Shown one piece after another: positions 37,693-51,616 of a stretch of DNA of 64,000 nucleotides. The notes beneath the pieces are model-generated. The model was not told where the DNA came from. It made no database searches and was given only the letters and a program-made list of their open reading frames with translations. Source of the stretch: the human T2T-CHM13v2.0 reference genome, Homo sapiens; assembly GCF_009914755.1 (NCBI RefSeq), contig NC_060931.1; one strand, given 5' to 3'. How positions within the stretch are numbered: the stretch's first letter is position 1; each line of letters opens with the position of its first letter. Made by a program: the position numbers and the translations under genes.

Positions 37693-39399
37693 GTGACCAC
37701 AGGAAAAAATCTTCTAAGTGAACTCTCTAGTAGCATTGCCTTACAGAAAAATACAATGTTAACATATCATTATTTGTTACAGGAGTTTCAGCAAAGCACC
37801 CAGCACAAAAGGTGTTGTTTTTTTGTTTTTTTTTTTTAACCCAGCTACATGCACACAAAAACCCAGAAGTGAATTAAACATGCCTGGCGCTCAAAGAATC
37901 CCTTCAAGGAGAACACAGCTGCTTCAAAAGGAAGTTTTTCTAGAATCACTATGTGATTTTTCTGACACATAAGGTCACCTCAAAACCCTTCCTTTCACAC
38001 CCTACAAAAACCCAGCTTAATTAGAAATATGGAAATAAAAATGGTAGTTATGCTGTCAAGATTTAGGAGATTAGTATAGATTTAAAACCCCTCAAAATCA
38101 GAAATACACAGTGAAACACACACCTCAAAGGTATGATGAATATTTAACTGGGGCTCGTATCACTTTAGCATAAGCACTTTTCCATTTTGACTTTTCATAT
38201 TATGCCAACTTCTGACATGTTGTTAATAAACTGACAAGTTGTCAATCTAGTTTTAAAACGGGGTGGAGTGGGGGTGGGTGCACACACAGCATCAGTTTCT
38301 TATTCTGCCGGATACTAAGTCCAAAAGTCTAAAATAGAACATAAATGGAAAACAAAATTCCAAAGTAAAAACTAAAAATTAATAGCTTCAAAGTCAACTA
38401 CGGTTTAGCTGTCAGTACCATGTAGGCATAGTTCTTCATTCAGAAAACAGACCATAAAAGAGAAATGGCATTCACTAAGCATATGGTAGGGCAGAGGCAG
38501 AACCAGACAAGGAAGGAGGTAGCCCCCCTCAACCCAGAAACCCCCGGCAGATGCAAAACGACTCTGGAGAACCTTGCTCTCCCAAAGAGCCCAACAAGCA
38601 TCAGAGGACCAAAGACTTCAGAAAAACAGAAGCACAGTGCTCCTTTACATGTAAAAATAACCTCTTCACTTCTGCAGACAACTTTTACCCCGACAGGTCC
38701 ACACAGCACAACCTGCCATCTGCCAGGCAGATCAGGCTGCAATTCTCCTTTCCCAAGTTTGGAAGTAAGTGTGAGTTGGTCCTCTGCAGCCAAAGTACTC
38801 AGAAATGGAATCTGTGGGCATGGACTCAAAGGCACTGGCTTCTCCTTAGAAAATCACCTCAGAGAAGGGTGCCCATGATAAAAGCACAGCCTGAGAGTCA
38901 CTTAAGGAGCTGTGTCCGTGCCATGACGACAGCATGAGCTCCCTGCCTGTAGATATATATATGTCTGAATGAGGCACTGTCCCGATGATGGCATCCTTCT
39001 TTTGAGTAGCTGGGGTCCCCACAGTGCCAACAGCACTTTGTGGCTGTGCACTGCTCCACCACCTTAGGGGCAGGGGTTGGCAAAGCAGGCTGCTTTAGGT
39101 ATTAAAGGGCTGTAAGTAGACTCCCAATTCATAACTGCCTGCCCCTCTAGGAAGCATCCCCATGTTGGTGACACGGCAGTCATTTTCCTGAAGTTGGTAA
39201 AAATGGCTCATGATAGTTGCATTTTTAAGGCAAAAGTTTGGAAGACATTTCTTAATTAAAAGGGGAGGTAGTAGTTGCAGAATGGCTTGCACATAACTTT
39301 TCTTCTTGAGCAAGTGAGTATGAGCAAGATTGGATAAGCTAAAAATAACTTCAAATGTTGTTAATTTTGCTCATTTGGTATACTAACATCACTTTACAG

Positions 39400-40045
39400 A
39401 CTTGTAAAATATTAGAGATAATATCCAATGTTGGCAAGAAAGAGTAAACAAGTATGTTGGTGGGAATATAAAATGATACAGCCTTTTGAGAAGATAATTT
39501 GCTATGATCTAGAAAAATATTTAGTATGCATCCCATTTGACCCAGAAATTCCACACTGAAGTCCATATTCTACAGAGATATGAACCCACGTGTAATTATA
39601 TGATTGTATATATTTACATATAAGTGCAAAATATTTTGAGGTAGCATTGTTTGGAATAGCATGATACTGGGGCTGGGTCCAGAGGCTCACACCTATAATC
39701 CCAGCACTTTGGGAGGCTAAGGCAGGAGGATGGCTTGAGGCCAGCACAGTTCGGGACCAGACTGGGAAACATACTGAGACTCCATCTCTACAAAAAAATT
39801 TAAAAATTAGCCAGGGATAGTGGTTTGTGCCTGTAGGCTGAGGCAGGAGGACTGCTTGAGCCCAGGAGTTCCAGACTGCAGTGAGCCAAAATCGTGCCAC
39901 TGCACTCCAGCCTGAGCAACAGAGTAAGACACTGTCTCAAAAAAAAAAAAAAAAAAAAAAGCTTGACACTGAAAACCAGAAGAGGAACTATTTAAATAAA
40001 GTATGATACGTTCCCACTGTGGAATAGTATGCAACTCTTAACAAG
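39400..40045 (+). mobile_element. Old L1 (L1ME/MC) fragment interrupted by an Alu
   Basis: ATCCAATGTTGGCAAG..TGGTGGGAATATAAAATGATACAGCC..CCATTTGACCCAGAAATTCCAC..GCATTGTTTGGAATAGC; resumes after the Alu with TAAATAAAGTATGATAC..TGGAATAGTATGCA. Confidence 0.65.
39671..39960 (+). mobile_element. Alu, AluJ-type dimer
   Basis: Dimer with long A tail; TSD-like AGCATGATACTG / AGCTTGACACTG. Confidence 0.92.
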
Positions 40046-40344
40046 AAAGAGTAACAGGAAGCAGGATCACAGGATTGAAATGGATTGAACGGTACGTGCA
40101 CTTGCATCTCACAGAATAAAGGAAAATCGTTTTCAGTGGACATATACAACCTCCTGAGGATTCTATGCTATTAAATCCGCAGGACAGCCTGGGCACCTGT
40201 ACCCAAAGGGATCTGCCTCTAGGGTGAGAACTCCAGGCACTGGGGCACAGGGCCAGGAACCTCAACAATCACCATATCACTAATCTTTTTTACCTTTTGA
40301 ATTTGATAGCAAATGCTGTCAAGTATAACATTTAAAACTGTGCA

Positions 40345-40560
40345 TTCTAGAGTCACACCACCTGCCTTCAGATACTAGTTTTACATACTTGTCCAGGATG
40401 AACTTAGACAAGTTACCTGATCCTTATTCCTCAGTTTCTTGAGCTGAAAAATGCTATTAACACTGCCTACCCCATAGAGTTGTTGTGACACCTGTAAAGG
40501 ACTTAGAATAGTGCCCGGCATGCAGAAGGAGTCAAATTTCAGTCTTATAGTTATTATTGT
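40345..40560 (+). mobile_element. MIR SINE
   Basis: CCTCAGTTTCTT..CTGAAAAATG..CCTACCCCATAGAGTTGTTGTGA..CTTAGAATAGTGCCCGGCA. Confidence 0.75.
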
Positions 40561-40614
40561 TTTCATATACAATTTTTCAAATCAATTTTGAAATACATTA
40601 ATTTTTAAAAGACA

Positions 40615-40890
40615 GCTAGATTTATAATGTACTTATATGGAATGATCTCTCCATGATGTAATATTTTTTAAAAAAGCAAGCTACAGAACATAAATGATGT
40701 GATCACATTTTTAAAATTATACACACCAACGGAATAGGAAAGGATCTGAGAGGGGTGTTAGCATTGCATTGGCTAATGATCGATTTCAGGAAGAAGAGTG
40801 GGAGAAGGAGGCAAAGGAAGACCTCAGTTTCATATGCTACATTTTTCTATACTGTGTGAACTTTTAATCACAAGCATGTATTAATTGTGT
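40615..40890 (+). mobile_element. Old L1 3' fragment
   Basis: ATGGAATGATCTCTCCATGAT..AAAAAGCAAGCTACAGAACA..TTTTAATCACAAGCATGTATTAA. Confidence 0.5.
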
Positions 40891-41837
40891 GTGTGAGAGA
40901 GAAACACAATTAAGAGATTACAAAGGAGCAAAGCCTCTTGTCACTAAGGAAACTATAGGTCCAGAAAAATTAATAAATACCATCCCTTTCACTCACTGGA
41001 CAGACAGAAGAAGCAGGTCAAACTGAAGTCAGCTTTATGGCCAATAAACTCTGCATGAAAGCACACGGCTAGGTGTGCAGGCATGTGCCTCACTATCAAG
41101 ACCTAAACCACGAGACACAGAATACAATGAGAACACGATGGTGGCCTCTGGAGCTGTGCAACAGGGTGGCCACAGGACTGGACAATGCACTTGTTCAAAT
41201 GTGCAAAAGGAACTGCCTGGGCCCCAGCACAGCTGGCTGGGCCCAGTGGAATTCTGGCTGGCTTCCAGCTGCCACTTGCTCCCTTCGTGCAGGACACAAA
41301 CAGCATCACTGTACACAGGGCCCAGCTACACTCCCCTAGACTAAGTTTAGGTCATAAACATGTAGGCCTCCCACATTGCCACTAACCTTACAAATCAGAA
41401 GGCAGCCTCTCTACAGACGGAAGATGTCCATAGAAAGAAGGGAATGAGCAAGGCCAGCTCAGTCTCATCTTCCAAATTTACCAACCAATTGCCAATTGAG
41501 TAGAAAAGGGAAGGAGAGAAAGGGCAGAGAAAGGCCATAACTACCTCTTAATGGAAGGTCCTCCATTTGGGAATAGGAGGGGGAGAACTGTGAGCTCTTA
41601 ACAAAGATACTATCAACAAAAGGCATTATCTAGAATTTTATAAAGCAGGACATCAATAAAACATGGAAACTGAAAGGGCGAAAGAAATTTCAAACAAAAG
41701 GTATTGATGAGAAAAGCATTCCAGGCTTTACTGATGGCCTGAAAACTATGTGACCTTGGCTTTCATGCCTTAGCTGAAAACAGTAAACACACTCACTGTC
41801 TTGTCACCTCACGGGATTATGTCTGCCAGGATTTAAA

Positions 41838-42034
41838 CCTGGGTTTCTCAAAAAGGATGGCATGGGCATGTGGGGTAGGGCAGTTCTTCCTTCTGATGGT
41901 CATGTAGCATACCTAGTCTTGTCCAACAAATGCCAGGAGGGCTGTCCAATCACTCATTTATCAAAAGCAACACATTTCCAAACCCTGGGAGTGGGGGTGA
42001 GGGTTGGGTAGTTCAATCAGATTGAGAACCACTG
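41838..42034. mobile_element. MER20-like hAT MITE
   Basis: GGTTTCTCAA..AAATGCCAG..CATTTCCAAA..TTGAGAACCACTG terminal inverted-repeat-like ends. Confidence 0.5.
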
Positions 42035-42119
42035 ATTTAACTTGGAGTGAGGCGATGTGTCAGCAACAGGTAGCAGTATTTCGATAGTGGTAACATTTAT
42101 GGGAGTAATCCATGTGCGG

Positions 42120-42560
42120 TTTCCCAGCCACTCCTGCAAGCCTTTAGGCTTCCTTGCCTTTGCTTTTGCTGTTTCTTTATCCAGGAATACCCTCTCCTAT
42201 TTCTTTCACCTAGTTAATTCCTACAGTACCTTCTCAACTCAATTCAGGTATCATCTTCTCCAGGATGCACGCACCTGCCCAGGTCTGAGGGCCCCTTCCT
42301 CTGTGCAGACTTTTATCACACCACCTTGCCTCTCCTAGGACCATTATCAGTGACCCTTTCTCTGACTTCTCCACACAGGTTTGAGTTCTTTGGAATTCAC
42401 TCTTCATCTCTGTGCCCACAGCCCCTGCACGTGCCTAATGCACAGACCTGTATTTAACAGATGCATGAGTTTCTAAGCTTTGTGAGATCTGAAAACCTTC
42501 CACACTCCAACGTAGACCTAGTACCTACCACAATGCCTGGCACAAAGGAGGAACTCATAC
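42120..42560 (+). mobile_element. L2 3' fragment
   Basis: CCTTTGCTTTTGCTGTTTCTTT..GGAATACCCT..TAATTCCTAC..TCAATTCAGGTATCATCTTCTCCAGGA..CAATGCCTGGCACA. Confidence 0.6.
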
Positions 42561-44649
42561 ATCAGTGAAAACTGCACACACACAGCCACACAGGTGAACA
42601 CCACTTGCTAATATAACTGGGCAGGGTCAGGTTTTCCCTAACGCACCCCTCTGTATGATCTGCAGGCACCTCTTGCAGATGCTGCTTTGGGCAACTTCTT
42701 CACAGTGCAGAGCTGTAGTCTCCACCCCGGCCTCACCCAGGGGCATTACAGTTTAGTCCTTTGGCTAACTCTAACTTCTCTGAGGTTTAATAGTGCATAT
42801 TCTGCAACTTGTCATTCATTTTTCTTTTTTTTTCCTTTTGGAGCAAAAGGTACAAGCTACTAACCTCCTTTTGACTGCTTCCAAGCAGGATGGCACTGAC
42901 TCTCCTCATAAAAACCCCGGCCCTTGGAGTCAGCTGGTGACTCCTTCCTGACAGAGAGTCTCTGTTCCTATGGTCACACGCCTTGGACACTGGTTCCCAG
43001 AAGTGTGAGCTAAGTCCTTCTCAGTGGGCTTGTGAAGCCTTTCTGCTCTTTCATTTTCTAGCAATAACACCTGTGTGACCCCTACAATCCCCCCCCCTTA
43101 GAGCTTGCAGAGGGTGTTGAGAGAAGAGATTATGGATGGTATCACAACCAACAATTTTAACTGCTCCTGACCTCCATGTGAAACTCAAGATCATCCACAG
43201 TAATTCCTCATGCTTGGAAAGCACTTTATAGTTTACATGGCTTCACAAAAATAATCTCACTTGATCATAATAATTGCATGGTAGATAAACAAGGCAAAGA
43301 GTATCATCCCTCTTTACAGAACAGGAAACTAAAGCTTAGGACCCTTCCCACACTTAAAAGAAAGAAACTGACATGGGCTATTTAAAAAATAAAGAATCTA
43401 TAGGAAATCAATAATACTGAACTACAGAGCACCCGTTACACACAGCACTGGCAGTGTGGGGGCCACAGCTGGTCTTGGGAGTGCAGCATTGAAGTGCAGG
43501 CTGCATGCTGCTGTTCTCATCAGAAGCTGGTGACTGCCTGGCAGGAGCTCGTTTGATCCACTACTTGGTATGGACTATAAATTATGTGGAGGATGGTCAC
43601 AGTTCTGCAGATGTGGAAAATAAGTACACAGAAGAATAAACTAAGTTCTTCAAACAAATAGCACTGGTCACTTAATTTGCTGTGTCTTAACTGTCTCATC
43701 ATGAATACAGGAACAACTCTCTCTGTCTACCTTATAAGAGTTAAAAGGATCAAACAGGACAAGTAAGAAAGCATCCAAACAGGAAAAAGTGGAATAGGGT
43801 AGTATTCTACAAACAGGAAAGGGATGACTTAAGCATTCAAGTCTGATTCTGTTTATGAGGCCTGATGACTTCAAAAGGAAGTCAGAACATGGGTCACCCT
43901 CAGTTAAAAAAAAAAAAAGAAAAGAAAAAGTTCACTTGAAATAAAAGACACCTTCAATAGTCTGATCACAACATTTGAGTGACACAATGGTGTTATAATT
44001 AGCTCTCCCTTGTACTGCCACAGATCCATCTCTAAAGGACAGGCAGGTCTCTACTTAACGTGTTCCATTCTCACTACCTGCTCCTTCCCACACCAATGAA
44101 TGCACAGTCTTAAACTGCCTTTCCTAAGCGGAATCCAGTCTTTTATAGATCAGCTGGCAACTACTGCCAGGTGGGAAGGTGCCTGCCATCACTGGCTGCA
44201 GCTGAGGGTAGGAGTCACTTTGGTGGAAGGACCACCACAGCTGCACACTTAGGGCTGACGGCTGAAGCCCCTGCCTTCTGGAAGCACACCATCCTTGGCT
44301 GAGTCTCAGACACTACCTTCTGATGAGTTCTGCAAGAGTGCTGGGCTAGGCCAGGGGGCAACTTCACTGGGACATCCTCGGGGGATCTCCATTGGAAGCA
44401 GACCGAGCAGAGGTTTCAAGATCACAGGCTGCCCAAACTTTAGCCCTGGCTCTGCACCAACAACCACCTTGCACCCCTGCATCCCAGTGGGGTTGCTTGG
44501 TTTCAGGGAACCTGTGCTTCAATATTTACTATGAATTTTGTCAGTTGCTTAGCTTTATGGTAACAGACACCCCTTATTCCCATACCACCACCCCAAACAA
44601 AACAAAGAGTAATGAAGACATGACTGGGAAGACACTACAACATACTGAC

Positions 44650-44885
44650 TAAGAAACCAGGCTTCAGAATCTGAAACCAAATCAGAGTTCCACAACTCAA
44701 TTTCCTTGTGATCCTGGACAGGTTCTAGAACATTTCTGTTCCTAAATTTCTCACTAGTAAAAAGGTGGATAAGAATAGTACTCACATCATGTAGTTGTCA
44801 TGAGCACGGAATGAAATGATGCATGTATGACCTTGGCATAGGGCCTGACACCTAGTAAGAGTTCAGTAAAGGTTTACTATTATTA
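44650..44885 (+). mobile_element. MIR SINE
   Basis: TGTGATCCTGGACAGG..AATAGTACTCACATCATGTAGTTGTCATGAG..GCCTGACACCTAGTAAGAGTTCAGTAAAGGTTTACTATTATT. Confidence 0.7.
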
Positions 44886-47800
44886 TAAAACAAGGTACTG
44901 CTTATAGTAGTCTGTATCATCACAAAATATGGTAGCATTAACAATTTGAAATCAAATTAACATTAGTACTGAGGCAGAAATGGAAATTAAAGAATCTTCT
45001 CATTGTCCTTACTAAGACACCCACAGAGAAACCACTGCATTTGGACCTAATATTCACCAGGTATGCCACATAATTTTCCTATGGGGAAACATTAAAACAA
45101 AACATGTCAGTTCTCCTTTAGAGTACTATAAGAACTCTATTTGGAGGGTAACAAAATTTCAGGGACATATAAAAGAAGTTGCTTATTTATTAGACAAACA
45201 AAAGTCACCCAGCAAATATGCCATGGCTATTAAAAATAGATTGTCCAGGGAGGAAGAATAAACCACTAATTAAACACTTTTGTTTCTCTTTTTTTTTAAG
45301 CCATTAATACTGATACCTAGAGAGAAAAATAAAAACCAGAAATACTTTCAAAAGCCAAGCATGATAGACTAGCATTTATCAGTTACCTTTTTATTTTCAA
45401 TCCTCAAGAAATGCAATCGCCCAAATAAATTTTAAGTATACCAAAACACTAAGAAATTACAAAACTCAATAGCAAAATAACTCACGTGTTACAACCATAA
45501 TTACTTCTATAACTAGAAAATTATTATCCTCATAGGAAATCCTGGCAAATTGCTGAAAACATTTCTCTTCTGAGTTAATCTAGGAGGGAAAAAAAATAAA
45601 ACTTCAGAGTCCAGTCACTTTGAAGTCCTTATGCCCAAAAAGACATTATCTCCATCAATTGTCTACATGCGAATAATTTCAAATGTCTTTGTCTGTGCAA
45701 CAGCCACATTTCCTTCTCTTATGATGTTTTTCTTCTCTCCCTATCCCATTTTCATTTTCACAGCTGTTTCTGGAGAATAAAAATGAAGGAACACTTTCTT
45801 GCTCTGCCTCTCCATGCTCCACTTTTTACAAGTCTTTGTCTGATTTACTACAGAGAACTATAACCAAACCCAAAAAAGAAATGGCAAGCGAAAGTAGGAG
45901 AGAAGAGTGTGCTTTTGCGCTCAGAAGCCACCACTTCTCAGGTGGAAAATAAGAATGTCATGCCATGATGACATTCTGCCTTGTGTCACAATGATTAATA
46001 GTCATAATTTTTTCCAATTAGTGGAGTAAATGCAACCAGTCGATGGAATCTGACCAATTTTGCACAGTATGGTCAGTGAGTGCTATAATTTGGATGTAGA
46101 ATGAGATCTAAAATGATTATTTTCCATTTGACAGCTAAGTGCAATATTATATTTTCATCCCTTTTTTTCACAACTGAAAAAGAAAAGAAGACTTTCAGAA
46201 AAAATAAGTTATTTCCAAATATGACCCCTTTAACCAATGTTTTCTTTGAATTGGTACCATGTGACTCAAAAATTGAATATAGGGTTTAGTTAATTTATTT
46301 AAATAACTTAATAGCTCTGGCAATTCCCTGTTAAGGACAGAAAGACTTAGGGAAGTAGAGTGGTTTTATACAATATTTATCAAATACTTACCAAAATTAA
46401 CAGAACCAAATACTATAGGGAATTGCCCAAGGGCTTCAAGATAACACATAATGCTGCAAACATAGTATACTGTCTGGTAGAAGAGACCAGCACAAACAGT
46501 AAATATCTCATACACTTCACCTTCAGTTACTTGAACACAAACCAAAACATTTCAGATACAGAATACTTCAGACAGTTCCAATGACATCTAGTCAGAGTGC
46601 CCAAGAGACTCTCGAACTTACAATGAATTCTATAATTTCAAGGTAACTTGGAAATCACCTCATCAAACTATCCTTTCACAGCTGAGGCCCTAAGAAGATA
46701 AATGCTTTGCCTGAGTTCATACAGTTGTGAAAGAACCAAAATTAGAATCCTGGCCTCTTTCATAAGATAAACTGGAGTTAACCCTTTCAACTAGGTACTT
46801 TAGAATGATGATATCAAACAAATGTTTTTCAGATATGAAGAGCTTTATTACATCAGTGGTGCAAACTGTGCTGCATGGCATACGTGTCTGGAACACGCAA
46901 TAATTCCATGACAATTCATACCCCCCAACCCAGAAGATTTCCCTACCACCACTTAAAGTAGAAGCATGTCAGCTCATTAGGAAAATCTAGGTAGTAACTT
47001 CAAACCTTGTTGTAACAGAATTTACATGCAATACTCCAGCCTCATTTTAAGTCAGTGGTTTTCAAACCTTGGTTTTCACAGTAAAGGGTGTTGTTGTTGT
47101 TCAAATAAATGCTCATATACACCCTCATCATATAAAAGCAGCATTTTATCCTACTAAACTTATTTTATCTTTCTGAATTTATATTTTCTCAGTATCAAGT
47201 CAGTAAGAACAATGACGAGGGTTCCTGGTAGCCCATGTCACACCACTGCAAATGAGAAAGAGGGTATCCTTCTTCCCAGCTGAGACATCCCAAAATCCAG
47301 CCACCATATGCAGAGCATACCATACAAGTGTGTGACAGATCACTGCCAACACAATGTTCTAGTGAATAAGCCTATTCTAATGAAAACAAAAATTTGGAAT
47401 GGGAAGCTATAAATAACAATTGTAGTCTATTTCTTCAGCATGCCATATATTTCTATATTTTGTGTTGGTTATGCTGTGGAGTGAAAATGCTGTTTCTCAC
47501 CAATGGCTAATTGCATATTTGGTAGGAGTTTTGTTTCTGTCTTTTGATAACAGCTTGCCTTGCTATCTCAAGATACTCTTATTCTGGAAAAAAAAAAACT
47601 GTGGTGGGAAATTTTTGTTACAAAATGCAATCACTAAAAGGTTGGAAAAGCACCCCAAACTTGCAGGAAGCAGTAAAAATGCCTAAGATCCAGTACTGAC
47701 CGAAGATTTTCTACAACTGACCATTACATGGTGGCCAGAGGATATGACAAGCAGATGTATCTGAGTATCTTCTGGCATTTAAACGGAGTCTAGCAGTCAC

Positions 47801-48045
47801 ATGGTGTTGTAAAGACTTCAGGTGTAAATACCCTATTAAAAATTTATACCTACACACACTGACTCAAATAACATGTACATTTTCACTATATGTTACAATT
47901 TATTATGTAGCAAATGTTATACTAAGAGCAGAGGATACAATAAAAATAATACAGTCCTATCTTCACTGAAATTCAGCGGTTGGTGGTAGGTTTCTTCATG
48001 ACATAGCAGCCTAGCCTTCTTGTTTTTATTCTCTGTCTGGGTTTT

Positions 48046-48181
48046 GTTTTTTTTTTTTTTTTTTTTTTGAGATAGGGTCTCTATATTGCCCAGACTGGTC
48101 TCAAACTCCTGGGCGCAAGCAATCCACCCGCTTCAGCCTCTCAAAGTGCTGGGATTACGGGCATGAGTCACCACGCCCGGC
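48046..48181 (-). mobile_element. Alu left monomer (FLAM_C-like)
   Basis: Single arm with T tail; TSD TCTGGGTTTT at 48036-48045 and 48184-48193. Confidence 0.9.
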
Positions 48182-48464
48182 TTTCTGGGTTTTTTCAATG
48201 GCAATTTTACATAGTCACAGGACAAACAGAACCACAATGTATGTTTCAGATTTTATGTAACTAATTTCATATACTTTTGACAAATTCTATCACTTCTCTC
48301 ACAAACACTTGTTTTCCTCTGTGGATGTCGGGGGGTTGCCAGGCCCCAGTCAGGATACCCTCATCCACTCAACAAAGCCTGGATTATACATCCTGGACAA
48401 CCTTGTATATAAATGTAACAAATAACTACAACACGCTGAGCTTTGGGCTTTCTCCCTCATCCAA

Positions 48465-49140
48465 GGAACCCATTCATTCATTGATTCAACACTTACTGAA
48501 CTTACTACAGGTTAGCTCTGTGTTACCCTCTAGAGAAATCAAAGCTGAACCACACAGCATCTCTGGCCTCAAGGGCTTCCCTACACTGTAGCAAAGTCGG
48601 ACAGTTTCAAAACAGCAGCAGCAAAGGCCCTGAGAGAGGCAGCTGCAGGGCACAGAGCAGGAACAGAGGTAGAGCAGTACTCTACCAGGAGGAGTAGAAA
48701 GAGACAGACACTCTCAAAGAACAGACATTGCAGTTAGGTTTTCCAGGTAAAGAAGCAGGAGGTGGATGGTCAGCCCAGGAAGCATTTCAGCAGTTGCAGA
48801 GGCAACAGTCCTCAAGTAGCCTGGCATCTCTGAGGAGCCAGTGGTTCCATAGGATGGAGGACAGCGTATGAGAGAAAGAATTGCCCAGCACGGGATGAGA
48901 TTGCAGACAGGGGCCGATTTAGGAGGGAACTTGTGTACCATAAAATGACTTTGAACTCTATCCTGACTGCAAAAACAAAAAAAAAAAATTAAAGATTTTG
49001 TTTTTTACAAGTGAACTACATCAACAAATTTGCTTTATGAAAAAGGTCACTTGTGGCTTAAGTCCAAAGCATGTACTAGAGAAAGGAGAATGCAGAAAAG
49101 GAGAAAGATTAGAAGACTACAGCAGTAATTCAGACCAAAG
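48465..49140 (-). mobile_element. L2 fragment
   Basis: CATTCATTCATTGATTCAACACTTACTGAA (antisense L2 tail)..TGGCCTCAAGGGCTT..TGACTTTGAACTCTATCCTG..CAGTAATTCAG. Confidence 0.6.
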
Positions 49141-49375
49141 AGGTACCTATTAAGCACACCAAGGAGCATACCAACTCCTTGGACAGGTAGGACAGGGCTT
49201 CTCTGAGCATAGATGAAGCAGAATGTGAAGCCCCAGGTCCCAGCAGAGCAAGGGCTTCCAGTATCAGAACCACAAGCCTCAGAGCTCAGGGTTTCTCTTG
49301 CTCCTCCAATGAATGGGAATCCTCCCTTTTTTCTAGCCCCCTACCTTCTAGGCATCCCTGTTACTGCAGGTTTCT

Positions 49376-49552
49376 TGTTTTGTTTAGTTTATTTGTTTGA
49401 GGCAGGGCCTCATTATGTTGCCCAGGCTAGAGTGCAGTAGCTAGTCACAGGTGGGATCACAGCTCACTGCAGCCTCAAACTCCAGGGCTCAAGCAACCCT
49501 CCTGCCTCCGCCTCCCAAGTAGCTGGGACAAGTGTGAGCCATCACGCCAGCC
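49376..49552 (-). mobile_element. FAM (fossil Alu monomer)
   Basis: Reverse complement reads GTGAGCTGTGATCCCACCTGTGACTAGCTACTGCACTCTAGCCTGGGCAACATA, retaining the 7SL-derived CCTGTGAATAGCCACTGCAC segment typical of FAM. Confidence 0.8.
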
Positions 49553-50196
49553 ATGAATTTTATTTTCACTCCAGGGTTCCTCCCTGCTTCTGGTCCATCC
49601 TCACTCAAAGACGCACACATTTATTCCCTTCACGTCACTCAGCACTGTTTGGTCCTTGGCTCCCATTTCCCTATTTCTCCCCACCCCTCTAGTACCCATC
49701 CCCATCTCCTGAGGCACCTAGTGGCTCCTCTGTCACCACTGTGCCCCACACCCCCACCCACCAGCAGTCAGCATACTGACTGACCATCACTACCACAGAC
49801 CAATGCTAGAGTAAAAAGACAACGTGGGGACTTATTTCACATAATACTGGTATTAACACTAGTATCTTATTTAAAAAATAAAGTATAGTGAGCAATTTCT
49901 TCAGCACTGCCCATAGAACCCCAAAGCCTGGGGCTGTGCCTCCAGATTCTGGCCCTAAGTCGTATGTACAAAGGTGTGATACCATGAAGGGACCACATGC
50001 TTCAGGCTGGGACAGATGAGTGCCTGAATCTCAGCCCTTCACAGGTGGGTCCCCTGCAACAAATTACTGGCCCTCTCTAGGTCTGCTGTAAGGCTGGAGT
50101 ATGTGCACAGGGCCAATCACACAGGCCCAGCCCTTGGTAAGCATTCATCCTAAAGCTGGGTTTTCCTCTGCCTGCCCACTCTTATTTTTCTGTAAT

Positions 50197-50420
50197 TTAA
50201 ATATGGATATGTTTAAATTATATACTATATAACATTACATACTATATATACTTATATAATATATATTATAATTATATATAAGTATACTTAAATATTATAT
50301 ATTATATAGTATATAACTTAAACATAGTATAATTTAAATATAGTATATATACAGTGTTTGTGCTTGTGTGTGTGTATATATATAGTGTGCATTTATATAT
50401 AATTATATACTATAGTTTCT
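50197..50420. repeat. AT-rich (TA)n low-complexity tract
   Basis: Directly visible. Confidence 0.9.
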
Positions 50421-51616
50421 ATTTATCCTTCCCAAAATCTCTTGAAGGAGAAGAATCGATCCTAAATCCATCTTTCTTCCTCTGCCCAGTCTTAGAAGGA
50501 ATCACACACAAAAAAAGATAAACCATTTTCCAAGATACTTAACATCGGTCAGGTGACAGGAATAAGAGGGGACAAGGGGGAGGGGAGGGGGAGGAGGTGG
50601 AAATTACCCAAAAGGAAGAGGAAGAAGGTTTTCCAGATATTTAAAATGTGATTCCACTCAGCTGTTTATCTTGGGCGATCTTAGCAGCCGGTGACTCACT
50701 CCTATGGGAAGTATCTCAATATGAAACTTCTATTCTTTTGTAGAAGTTCTGAGTCTTCCAGGATATGAGACACTCTTTCCTCCTCAGGGCTGTTTCTTCA
50801 GGTGCACAAGTGAATAATATCATCACCATCCCAAGTCCTTATCTTCATTTTAAAGCTTGAAGGGGAAATATCTGTCTTAACTTTCACACTGATTTATCTG
50901 TGATACTTTATGTACTCCCTTACTGTGTATTTAAAAACAAAATCAGGGTAACATCTATCTTGAAGAAATGTTGTTCAAAGTAAATGAGATAAAACTATGA
51001 AACATTTCTAGCTCCTTCACTTGTCCAGTCATCCAGTTCTATATCTCTTTGGATGCTTATCAAGCTAGCATATTGCCTTATACATCATAGGCATATACCA
51101 TAAATAATCATCCAACAGAAGTTTTTCTACCAACATGTCGTAAAATATGCCCTTATGCTTGTCACTAAGAAAAAAAAATGCAACAAGTAAATCTTTAGAG
51201 GAAGGTACTAGCTACTCTCAGGAAACACATACTTAAGGATAGTAGAAAAAGAAAAGAAATTCCTCCAAATATTGCTTCATTCTCTTCAGGGACCTGATAT
51301 TCAACAGCCAGGACTTTCAAAAACAAAGTACTCCTAACCCAATGCCCCAACCAAAGTTTCATATAATAAAACTTCCATCTACTTTTTAAAAATGCTAACC
51401 TATATGATTAAACCTGTCACCCTAGGTTTTTATAAAAAACTGTAGCAAAAAGAAATGAAGCATCTGAAGACTCTACCTCTTTTGGTTGCTTTGAAGGCAC
51501 CCAAAGTGATGTGACAACTCAAGACAATGTGAGCAACTTTGCAAAAATGCCATTATTCAAATAAACAGATACCTGGAGTTACTAGTCGATATCTACCATC
51601 AAAAAATCTAACTCAA

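Noticed and set aside
38440-38937. Three overlapping 128-137-aa ORFs on both strands
   Set aside because: No recognisable domain or flanking splice structure; consistent with chance in a locally GC-richer stretch.
45965-46053. ATGATGA...CTGA box C/D-like pair on the + strand
   Set aside because: No terminal stem, and antisense to the inferred host transcript.
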